Of a DNA stretch of 64,000 bases, positions 56,878-64,000 are shown piece after piece. The DNA comes from a virus: IMG/VR virus record IMGVR_UViG_3300044655_002046; one strand, written 5' to 3'. The number at the start of each line of letters is the position of its first letter. Position 1 is the stretch's first letter. A program made the translations under genes and the position numbers. Under the pieces are notes generated by a model. It did not search any database. It worked only from the letters and a program-made list of their open reading frames with translations, and was not told where the DNA came from.

Positions 56878-57813
56878 CTATGGCAAAGTGTAATTTTCAG
56901 TAATAATTGGCATTAATATGCTGCCGCCACCAGAAACAGAGCTGACTACTATGTGAAAGTGATCTTCTGGTGTCGGTGGGGTTGATATAACCCTCACTAG
57001 ACTATTCACTGCTAGATTTTGGTTACTAAATAATAAAAAGGGCCGGGCTCTTCCTAGCGGATAGTTAGTTCCATAGTCTGTGGCGCCGTTATCTCTAAAC
57101 ATAAGATCAGTAACATTGGCATCGGGATTAGGACTAACGCAATTAATAGATTCAATAACTACCACAGGTTGAGGAGGCACAGAACCAGGTAATGGCACTG
57201 CGGGCTGTGTCATCTCCTTAATCCTTACAAATCCCAACGCTTGGCCGCTGCTGGAACCACCAATATAATCCAATGGATAGGAGTCATTATCGCCGAAATA
57301 AAATACGGATGCCGGATCATCACAGTACCCAATATAGTGAAAGGATGTCTCCCCGCTATATGTACTTAATCCAGTATTAGTCGCGGCGAACATAGCAATC
57401 CCTCGATTATCGGCGCAGGCGTAGAAGTATCCTGAGGCCGCGCTATTATCATCAATAGTTGATGATCTATTATCGCCCAGTTGAGTTTTTGTGTCATAGG
57501 TATGCCCTAGAAGCGACCAGAAGAATGGGTTAGTTCCGAGATTATTGTTAACACGTTGTATCGTGACTCTATGCCGCCCATCATTAGAATTGCTAGTGAC
57601 ATCTCCCAACTGGATTAGGTCCGCATCAACCTGTGGGAATCGAATATTAATTAGTGTGCCATCCTGGTTGGCAAATCGATGCGTCGATGTGATGCCAATG
57701 GCATCCAGGAATAAAAAAAAGTCGGCCATATTAAAGTGGACTCCCCCAACGTCAGATGTACGCCATCCGTAAGTTGCGTATCCGTATCTCGAGCCGACAA
57801 TAGGTAACGTCAT
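56878..57813 (-). CDS. Putative tail-associated/receptor-binding protein; homologue of 13212-14027
   Basis: YGYATYGWR...FLD and PFLLF...GSILMPI; codon usage differs from the backbone. Confidence 0.55.
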   Translation of the reverse strand: MTLPIVGSRYGYATYGWRTSDVGGVHFNMADFFLFLDAIGITSTHRFANQDGTLINIRFPQVDADLIQLGDVTSNSNDGRHRVTIQRVNNNLGTNPFFWSLLGHTYDTKTQLGDNRSSTIDDNSAASGYFYACADNRGIAMFAATNTGLSTYSGETSFHYIGYCDDPASVFYFGDNDSYPLDYIGGSSSGQALGFVRIKEMTQPAVPLPGSVPPQPVVVIESINCVSPNPDANVTDLMFRDNGATDYGTNYPLGRARPFLLFSNQNLAVNSLVRVISTPPTPEDHFHIVVSSVSGGGSILMPIITENYTLP

Positions 57814-57897
57814 AAATTAACTCCTAATTGAATTTTGTGGACAATAGCCAAATTGCGGAGGAACCACAATAAATTTGCGGGGCCGCCTCTGCCAATA

Positions 57898-58308
57898 CTA
57901 TCTGTATCTCTTGTATATATACTCTCCTATCTGGCTCATTACCGTACCTAGCGTATACGCTAGTGTCTCCTCATCATCATCTATATCTTCTCCTAGTTTA
58001 AGTAGACCCTTCAGTCTTAGATATGATGTAGCTATGTGTAGAGCCTCGTGTGTTATTATACCGGCATCCAGATAGGGGAGGCATAACCCTACCCATCCTA
58101 CTCTACTAGGTATACGGCCGTTCTCATCTACATTATAGTCTGGTATTACTATGGCCTTATAGTCTACTGCATGGCCCCCTCTCTTCTGGTGCCCCCATAA
58201 CAGTAGAGATCCCATAGTGTCGTGAATGCGGGCCTCGTAGTAGTGTCCATCCTCCTCGAGCATATAGTTGTCTCTACTGGGGTATATACGAAACCTTCCT
58301 ATTATCAT
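57898..58308 (-). CDS. Small HExxH metalloprotease-like protein
   Basis: ITHEALHIA...EETLAY. Confidence 0.6.
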   Translation of the reverse strand: MIIGRFRIYPSRDNYMLEEDGHYYEARIHDTMGSLLLWGHQKRGGHAVDYKAIVIPDYNVDENGRIPSRVGWVGLCLPYLDAGIITHEALHIATSYLRLKGLLKLGEDIDDDEETLAYTLGTVMSQIGEYIYKRYR

Positions 58309-59054
58309 GTCAGTACCGCCTGTATTCTCTTCCAGTGCTCTAGTCTATCTAATAACCCTATCAGCCCGCCATTAATACGTCGTGTTACCTGTCTGAATGC
58401 ATCTATATCATTCTTGTCTGCTATTTCATTTAGCCCCCGTGCTCTCCAGTAGTGCGCCGCTATACGCGCTGAGTTGACAGGCTCCTTTGCTAGTTCTGGG
58501 TTATCTACTAGCGGTAGCCCTAGCATATTCCCCATGTTTTGGTAATTGGCCCGGCCCGTTAATTGAAATAAACCTCTACCCCTGAATCTTCGTCCATCTC
58601 CTACGTTTGTATTACCGAGGTCTCTCCTGCCCTCGTATCCCCGCTGTATTGGTGTGGGCCCCCATATCTCCTCATCGTAGCGTAGATTCCCTGACTCGTG
58701 CATCAGCTGAGCTAGGAACATCGCTATACGCGCGGGCCCCTTTATATTACACTCCTCCATCGCCGCCATTAGAGGCCTGTAGTATCGGTCTCTATCTCTC
58801 TTAGAGGCGGGGGCTAACGCTAGATCATACTCCTCTCTCGGCATAACTCCCCCAGCTAATAATAAACGTACGGAGCCTGGTCCTATTAGGTTGGGCTCCG
58901 CTTGATTATTTGCCTTCTTCCACTCCTTCCATCTGGCCCGTGTCCTCGGTCCCATCACTCCATCTACTACGAGGCCTAGCTCCTGTTGTAACTCCCGCAC
59001 CTGCTGACTATTTAGCTCCTGCAGTTGCATTGCCCTGTCAATGTCTCTTAGCAT
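58305..59054 (-). CDS. Endolysin: peptidoglycan-binding domain plus GH19 lysozyme
   Basis: FLAQLMHESGNLRYDEE, GRGLFQLTGRANY and VTRRINGGLIGL.DR. Confidence 0.93.
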   Translation of the reverse strand: MLRDIDRAMQLQELNSQQVRELQQELGLVVDGVMGPRTRARWKEWKKANNQAEPNLIGPGSVRLLLAGGVMPREEYDLALAPASKRDRDRYYRPLMAAMEECNIKGPARIAMFLAQLMHESGNLRYDEEIWGPTPIQRGYEGRRDLGNTNVGDGRRFRGRGLFQLTGRANYQNMGNMLGLPLVDNPELAKEPVNSARIAAHYWRARGLNEIADKNDIDAFRQVTRRINGGLIGLLDRLEHWKRIQAVLT

Positions 59055-59111
59055 ACTTCTATTTGTATCAGTATGCTAATGCTCCTTGTCTTGTATAGGG
59101 CACAGTGGGCA

Positions 59112-59738
59112 TTAGTATCTCCAGCGGGGCCCCTTCTTTCCTCCTGCTCTCCACCCCCTCGTTAACCCTAGGTGCGTGAAGCCCCTCCCACTCTGGACCC
59201 CCCACCCTAGGGGTCCGTACCAATGCTCGTCTAACCACCTCTCGAACTCGATTAGCTCGGCGGGGTCTATGGGCGCTATGTCTACTGCTAGCCCCTGTAT
59301 ATGCTGACTATTATCCACTCCTCCTACTGCTCTGTTAATCGCAAGGGGCCTATACCAACTCGTTACTATAATGGGCTTACCCCACTCCTCCCTTATCTTA
59401 TCTAACTCCTTAGCTAGTCTCACTATATTGTCCTGGATGACTTTACTCGTTGGTATGCGCGCCGCCTGTCCCTTCGTTACCTCCCTCACAGTAAAGTACT
59501 TGCTTACCTTACTCGTCATATCCGTCCAGTCTATCTCCTCTAGTAATAGACCTATAGAACCCGGCCCTATTAACCCCGGTTCCTCCATACCCTTACTCCT
59601 CTTCCAGTCCTCCCAGGCCTTCCTCGTCATTGGCCCCATTATTCCTGTCTGTTGTATCCCTAGCCTCCTCTGTAATTGCCTTACCTGTATCTCACTCAAC
59701 TTCTCTATACTAACCGCTCCCTTGATGTCCTCTAGCAT
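59112..59738 (-). CDS. Peptidoglycan-binding domain plus peptidase M15A
   Basis: SWYRP.AINRAVGGVDNSQHIQGLAVDI...FTHLG. Confidence 0.9.
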   Translation of the reverse strand: MLEDIKGAVSIEKLSEIQVRQLQRRLGIQQTGIMGPMTRKAWEDWKRSKGMEEPGLIGPGSIGLLLEEIDWTDMTSKVSKYFTVREVTKGQAARIPTSKVIQDNIVRLAKELDKIREEWGKPIIVTSWYRPLAINRAVGGVDNSQHIQGLAVDIAPIDPAELIEFERWLDEHWYGPLGWGVQSGRGFTHLGLTRGWRAGGKKGPRWRY

Positions 59739-59755
59739 ACTATTACCTAAATTTT

Positions 59756-60066
59756 GGGTTAAAGCCCCGTCCTTTTAGAACGGCTTTTTAAACTATATCT
59801 TGTTAACTTAACTTTTATTGTGCTATACCAAGTGACTCCGCGCTAAAAAGACTGTATCTTAGAACACATTTTACCCACCAAATCCAAGAGAGCCTCCAGA
59901 TTCCCACTACCCACGTTATTAACGAAAAGAAGGGTATATTGATAATAAGACTCTAATCATGGCTCAGTATTAGCGAAAACAATAATAACATTGAACCACA
60001 CGAGCACTAATCAATTAATCTCTGTGATCTAAGAATCCTTATGCCTTTAGGCAACGGGAGTGTCAA
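59756..60066 (+). mobile_element. Miniature IS200/IS605 derivative (two ends, no ORF)
   Basis: Left hairpin GGGTTAAAGCCCCGTCCTTTTAGAACGGCTTT; right end AAGAATCCTTATGCCTTTAGGCAACGGGAGTGTCAA. Confidence 0.7.
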
Positions 60067-60068
60067 TG

Positions 60069-60247
60069 AGCTCTTAGATTCTGAATATTTGCTGGCGGTA
60101 TTTTGGCCTATTATAGGGTATACCCCCTCCCCCACCCTCCTACTGGTAATATTAAACCATATGCGTATTAATACCTAAAGCTCTTAGATTCTCGATATTT
60201 GCTAGCGGTATTTTGGTGTATTATAGGAGATACCCCCTCCCCCACCC
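60069..60247 (+). repeat. Two imperfect 69-bp direct repeats, 110-bp period (promoter/origin candidate)
   Basis: AGCTCTTAGATTCT..ATATTTGCT.GCGGTATTTTGG..TATTATAGG..ATACCCCCTCCCCCACCC at 60069-60137 and 60179-60247. Confidence 0.85.
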
Positions 60248-60341
60248 AGGGGCTGTCCATTCCAACTAATCTAGGGATGCTCGATCCTCTTGGGTATTGA
60301 TATCACCTGCTTCAAGTAGGCGATGGTATAGCATTAATAAT

Positions 60342-60398
60342 AGGGCTTGCGGGCCCCTTTTTCCTTCTGGTGAGTTTTAGTCCCAGGAGGACAATTCC
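60342..60398 (+). promoter_or_regulatory. Hairpin-TTTT-CT(A/G)GTGA-RBS element, copy 1
   Basis: GGGCTTGCGGGCCCCTTTTTCCTTCTGGTGAG...CCCAGGAGG...ATG. Confidence 0.65.
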
Positions 60399-62477
60399 AT
60401 GTCTAAGTTTATAAAATCTGCCAAAACCAAGGCGGCCCGCCTTCAGCTTGCCTACTCCTTTGAGTGGGAGATGCAAGCTGAGTTGGGAGTTGACTCCGCT
60501 CCCTACTATTCCTCTCTTTATAACATTCTACTTGAGTTCCGGGAGTGGCTGGAACTCAATCCACATACTCCCTGGAGTGAGTGGGAGGAGTGGAATAGTC
60601 TATCCAGCTCCGAGCGCTGGATTATCTCTCGGGTCATACTCCGAGAAATAACCTTGGAGGAGGCAAAGGAAGCAAATAAAGTGCGCCTCCGCCTTATTCG
60701 ATACCTTCATTTAAACGAAGGTATCGGACTCCCCTACGAGAAAGAGGGAGTTTGGTTCGAGGAGCTAAGAACTCCTCAGTTAGCTCAACGCTTAGTAGAT
60801 CTAGGTGTTAAACACTGGTGGGAAGTCAAGCGTTTTCTCCCTTTATGGGAGGGTGTCCGCGCCCCCGGGCGGGTATGGAACTCCGGTTATAATCCGGACT
60901 ACAGTACGGTATTGGCGGTAGCATGCACTCCGAACTATAACCGCTTACCCATTTGGGTTAAGCGGATACTGGTTCGTATGCCTGTTCCCACCCGCATTGG
61001 TAACGTCTGGGATTATATCCCAGCTGCGCGGGTATGGAAATACAATACAGAGATTCCTAAGTCTCTGGCTGTACGGCTGGGAACTCTGTACAAGTCTCGC
61101 CCAGACCTCCGAGCCCTTGCTGGGGTCATCTGGAAAGAGGAGGGGGGACAATGGGATCGTCGTTCCCGTACCGAACGTGTAAATGCTTTCTGGCAACGCT
61201 TTAATAAGGTGTGCCACTCGGGGCGCACGGCTATAGCTCAGTACCTATGGGTTAGTGGCCACAAGCGCCTAGCCCTCCGTAAACTCTACGGGGAGCTTAG
61301 TTGTGCTATTGAACGCCCTCTGCTCAAAGCCTTTAAGGATAACGAAGAGGCTATCTTTGGGGAGGAGGGGCATATACCCGCCCTGAAGGTAGCAGTAGCT
61401 AATAAGCTAATGCTACGTGAGGATCCTCCAGAGTATCTCGTCCCATTAGTGACCACTTTCGGAAGCCGCTCTGAGGAGTGGCTCAGTAAGATAGCCAAAC
61501 TCGGCTACAGCGAGCATGACGCCACCTATTGGCTGCCCCTCGGCGGACAGGGATTGAGCGAGTTCCTATTCGCACAGGGGGAGCGCCTACGCCAGCGCTC
61601 CACCTCAGTCTCTGAACTCGGCTTAATATGCCGAGTCTGGCACAAACTGAGCGTGGAGGAGCGCTCTTTGCCATTCCGTCAACTGGTGACGGTTTGTAAG
61701 GTGCACAAGTACGCGAGTATTAACCATCGGGAGTTTGCCCTTGAGTGTGCCAATTGGGGCGTATCTACCCGGGATTTCGAGTACTACGAGGGGCGTTTTA
61801 TACCTTCCCTACAAGTACCAAACTTCCTCCCAGAGATTGATGCTACTCGGGATGGAATACGGGCTTACTTCCTCCCCCGAGAAGATACGCGAGGGCTCTT
61901 CCTCGGTGAGTATACCAACTGCTGCCAGCACCCAGACGGGGAAGGAGAGGCCTGCGCCTGGTATGGACAAGAAAAGCCCAACTCCGGATTCCTCGTATTT
62001 GAGAATGATTCAAGAACCATAATAGCCCAGTCCTGGACCTGGATTAACCAGTCCGGGGATCTGTGCTTCGACAATTGCGAAGCACTTGGGTTAGGGCAAC
62101 AAGAGCCCACGGTTATTCTTCTCTACGAAGAGATAGCCCAAAAGATTCTTGAGAAGATGCACCCCGTCGACCGGGTGCTCCTCGGAGCAAACGGGGATCT
62201 CTATGGTGCCCTTGCCGCATGGGGCGAGCCACTTAAAGTAGGACGGTCTCTTCTACCAGAAGATTACCAAGATTACACGGATGCTAAACGCGTCCATGTG
62301 CTAAGGGAGCGCCTAGCTCCGTATTTTACTCTAGGAGGTAAATTTTATCTTCAATTAGGCTATCAGACGACTCAACGTCGGTCTGTAGATGGGCTAGCGT
62401 GTCATATAGATCTCGATGGTCATCGCTGGTATGTCCAACCAGATGGTGATTTAGAGTTTATCACTCTAATGGAATAA
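60399..62477 (+). CDS. Early-region protein (692 aa) with a PcfJ-like C-terminal domain
   Basis: GEYTNCCQHP...GFLVFE...IIAQSWTW...LCFDNCE. Confidence 0.6.
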   Translation: MSKFIKSAKTKAARLQLAYSFEWEMQAELGVDSAPYYSSLYNILLEFREWLELNPHTPWSEWEEWNSLSSSERWIISRVILREITLEEAKEANKVRLRLIRYLHLNEGIGLPYEKEGVWFEELRTPQLAQRLVDLGVKHWWEVKRFLPLWEGVRAPGRVWNSGYNPDYSTVLAVACTPNYNRLPIWVKRILVRMPVPTRIGNVWDYIPAARVWKYNTEIPKSLAVRLGTLYKSRPDLRALAGVIWKEEGGQWDRRSRTERVNAFWQRFNKVCHSGRTAIAQYLWVSGHKRLALRKLYGELSCAIERPLLKAFKDNEEAIFGEEGHIPALKVAVANKLMLREDPPEYLVPLVTTFGSRSEEWLSKIAKLGYSEHDATYWLPLGGQGLSEFLFAQGERLRQRSTSVSELGLICRVWHKLSVEERSLPFRQLVTVCKVHKYASINHREFALECANWGVSTRDFEYYEGRFIPSLQVPNFLPEIDATRDGIRAYFLPREDTRGLFLGEYTNCCQHPDGEGEACAWYGQEKPNSGFLVFENDSRTIIAQSWTWINQSGDLCFDNCEALGLGQQEPTVILLYEEIAQKILEKMHPVDRVLLGANGDLYGALAAWGEPLKVGRSLLPEDYQDYTDAKRVHVLRERLAPYFTLGGKFYLQLGYQTTQRRSVDGLACHIDLDGHRWYVQPDGDLEFITLME

Positions 62478-62483
62478 TATTAT

Positions 62484-62561
62484 AGGCCCGCGTTTATCCT
62501 TGAGATAGGAGAGATACGCGGGCCTTTTTATTCTAGTGAACATTAACTCCTAGGAGAAGAT
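62484..62561 (+). promoter_or_regulatory. Hairpin-CTAGTGA-RBS element, copy 2
   Basis: AGGCCCGCGT...ACGCGGGCCTTTTTATTCTAGTGAACATTAACTCCTAGGAG. Confidence 0.7.
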
Positions 62562-62705
62562 ATGAAGCTAGATAAATATAATATCGCCTACATTGTATCT
62601 ATGGTAGTGTTGGCGTTTACCTGTTCTGCTATTGCTGGTGTAGTAGCTGTAGAGGCATGTTACGGAGACCCGAAGTCTCCACTCTGTGAGGAGATAAATA
62701 AATAA
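62562..62705 (+). CDS. Small membrane peptide 1 (47 aa)
   Basis: Hand-translated MKLDKYNIAYIVSMVVLAFTCSAIAGVVAVEACYGDPKSPLCEEINK*. Confidence 0.8.
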   Translation: MKLDKYNIAYIVSMVVLAFTCSAIAGVVAVEACYGDPKSPLCEEINK

Positions 62706-62708
62706 TAA

Positions 62709-62763
62709 AAAGGGGCCTTACCAAGGTCCCTTTTTAGTGATCTTTATACCCAAAGAGAGTGCC
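62709..62763 (+). promoter_or_regulatory. Hairpin-TAGTGA element, copy 3 (degenerate)
   Basis: AGGGGCCTTACCAAGGTCCCTTTTTAGTGATCT. Confidence 0.6.
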
Positions 62764-62904
62764 ATGAATACCAAACTATCAATTGCCATTGCTGTCAGTG
62801 CTGTTTTACTAACATGCTCCGCCATCATTGGCGGAGTATACGTAGGCATTTGTCACGGTAACTACCCCGTGACGGCGTGCCAAGTAGAAGTAGATAAAGA
62901 CTAA
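62764..62904 (+). CDS. Small membrane peptide 2 (46 aa)
   Basis: Hand-translated MNTKLSIAIAVSAVLLTCSAIIGGVYVGICHGNYPVTACQVEVDKD*. Confidence 0.8.
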   Translation: MNTKLSIAIAVSAVLLTCSAIIGGVYVGICHGNYPVTACQVEVDKD

Positions 62905-62909
62905 AAGAT

Positions 62910-62966
62910 AAGGGGCCTGGGCGGGGCCCCTTTTCCTTCTAGTGATCTATAACCCTAGGAGGGATT
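62910..62966 (+). promoter_or_regulatory. Hairpin-CTAGTGA-RBS element, copy 4
   Basis: AAGGGGCCTGGGCGGGGCCCCTTTTCCTTCTAGTGATCTATAACCCTAGGAG. Confidence 0.75.
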
Positions 62967-63101
62967 ATGAAATACACATTATCTTACATAGCAGCTATTG
63001 TGGTAATTCTTGGCGCATGCGGCGCCATCGTTGGCCTTGTATACCATGAGGCCTGTTATGGACCTCTACCTACCTCACTATGTAAGGTAGACAAAGAGTA
63101 G
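62967..63101 (+). CDS. Small membrane peptide 3 (44 aa)
   Basis: Hand-translated MKYTLSYIAAIVVILGACGAIVGLVYHEACYGPLPTSLCKVDKE*. Confidence 0.8.
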   Translation: MKYTLSYIAAIVVILGACGAIVGLVYHEACYGPLPTSLCKVDKE

Positions 63102-63106
63102 TAGTT

Positions 63107-63166
63107 AAGGGGCCTGGGCGAGGGCCCCTTTTTCCTTCTAGTGATCTATAATCCTAGGAGTACATC
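63107..63166 (+). promoter_or_regulatory. Hairpin-CTAGTGA-RBS element, copy 5
   Basis: AAGGGGCCTGGGCGAGGGCCCC-T-run-CCTTCTAGTGATCTATAATCCTAGGAG. Confidence 0.75.
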
Positions 63167-63682
63167 ATGAATGGTTTACAGATGGAGAAAGTAGTGTTGC
63201 GTGTAATCGAAGAGTTAGGTTTTAAATGTCCCAAGCCCCGTGAGGTATGGGGTGAGGGTTACTTGTATGGCGCCGCCCGTGATCTCGCGAGTAAGCATCT
63301 AGAGCTCAACTCCCGAGGCGGTGTCCTTCGTCGTCTCGTCCCCACCGATGATTGGGGAGTCCTAGACCGGGTGTACAAAGTAGATGTAATAGTCCGCCAG
63401 TATACTGAGGAGTTGTGGGCTCTTCAGCTCACTACTGACGCAGACGCAGTATATAAGAAGCTGGGACAGCTCTATAGTACCGACAGTCTTCGTCTGGCTG
63501 TTGGCATCACCAAGACCTGCTTGGTTGAAATTAAACCCCCTCAGCCTACCTGGGAGGGGCTCGGTTTGACTAGCCGGGCGGACCACGACCAAATAGAGGA
63601 GCGCCTCTATGAGATGTTCGAGATGATAGAGAAGAGTGACAAACTTCTTCACTATCAGTTAGACCTAAGCTGGTTAAAGTAA
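63167..63682 (+). CDS. Hypothetical protein, possible PD-(D/E)XK-type nuclease fold
   Basis: LDRVYKVDVIV...WALQLT pattern. Confidence 0.45.
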   Translation: MNGLQMEKVVLRVIEELGFKCPKPREVWGEGYLYGAARDLASKHLELNSRGGVLRRLVPTDDWGVLDRVYKVDVIVRQYTEELWALQLTTDADAVYKKLGQLYSTDSLRLAVGITKTCLVEIKPPQPTWEGLGLTSRADHDQIEERLYEMFEMIEKSDKLLHYQLDLSWLK

Positions 63683-63839
63683 TAGGGTATAGGCAAGTCC
63701 TAGTTACTGAGGAGTCTATTAATCGAATACTCCTCAAAGTAAATGTGATGCCTATGCTACCTGGGTGGAGTCACGGCTGTGGTTCCACTCGCTCGATTAC
63801 ATAGGCGCTAAGTGCATCTATGTAATCAATTAATACTCA

Positions 63840-63894
63840 GGGGGCCCACTCCCCCTTTTCTTTCTAGTGAATATTTACTCTAGGAGGTAAATCC
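63840..63894 (+). promoter_or_regulatory. Hairpin-CTAGTGA-RBS element, copy 6
   Basis: GGGGCCCACTCCCCCTTTTCTTTCTAGTGAATATTTACTCTAGGAGG. Confidence 0.65.
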
Positions 63895-64000
63895 ATGTCC
63901 CCTTATCACACTTATCTTCAATTAAATCATCAAACGATTCAACTCCGGTCCGTAGATGGGCCAGCATGTCATCTAGACCTGGATGGTCACCGCTGGTATG
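63895..64000 (+). CDS. Small ORF (truncated by the window) homologous to the C-terminal module of 60399-62477
   Basis: MSPYHTYLQLNHQTIQLRSVDGPACHLDLDGHRWY versus YLQLGYQTTQRRSVDGLACHIDLDGHRWY. Confidence 0.8.
   Translation, partial: MSPYHTYLQLNHQTIQLRSVDGPACHLDLDGHRWY

Noticed and set aside
63683-63839. Possible tRNA or structured ncRNA (GATTACATAG...CTATGTAATC stem at ~63797-63828)
   Set aside because: No cloverleaf or T-loop consensus; a single hairpin is not enough evidence.
1-64000. Terminase, integrase, rRNA, tRNA and CRISPR-cas genes
   Set aside because: No recognisable motifs seen; the terminase presumably lies outside the window.

Overview
This window is a 64-kb segment of a large cyanobacterial myovirus genome. 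Its gene set and order resemble the Microcystis phages Ma-LMM01/MaMV-DC, including a 774-aa sheath, two adjacent head proteins and a GH19 lysin; this assignment is recalled, not searched. Positions 1-42.9 kb hold a minus-strand virion module: tail fibres, baseplate, tube, sheath, capsid, protease, portal and a tail chaperone. That module is interrupted by a ~6.25-kb AT-rich, host-like insertion (selO, brnT/brnA remnants, a repeat-flanked array of small genes) and by an intact-looking IsrB/omegaRNA element. Positions 43.0-53.7 kb hold one 3562-codon plus-strand gene. It has two PLD (HxK) motifs near the N-terminus, two-barrel RNA polymerase catalytic signatures (K...K, RSP, GDFDGD) in the middle, and a tape-measure-like hydrophobic C-terminus. 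It lies head-to-head with a chaperone gene that has a perfect A_AAA_AAG -1 frameshift site. The best candidate for an undescribed system is therefore a virion-packaged nuclease-RNA polymerase-tape-measure polyprotein, possibly paired with the repeated hairpin-CTAGTGA-RBS elements that precede each putative early gene from 60.3 kb. Positions 53.7-59.7 kb contain a PAAR gene, a radical-SAM-like gene and two lysins. All protein-family calls come from motif recognition by eye; no searches were run.
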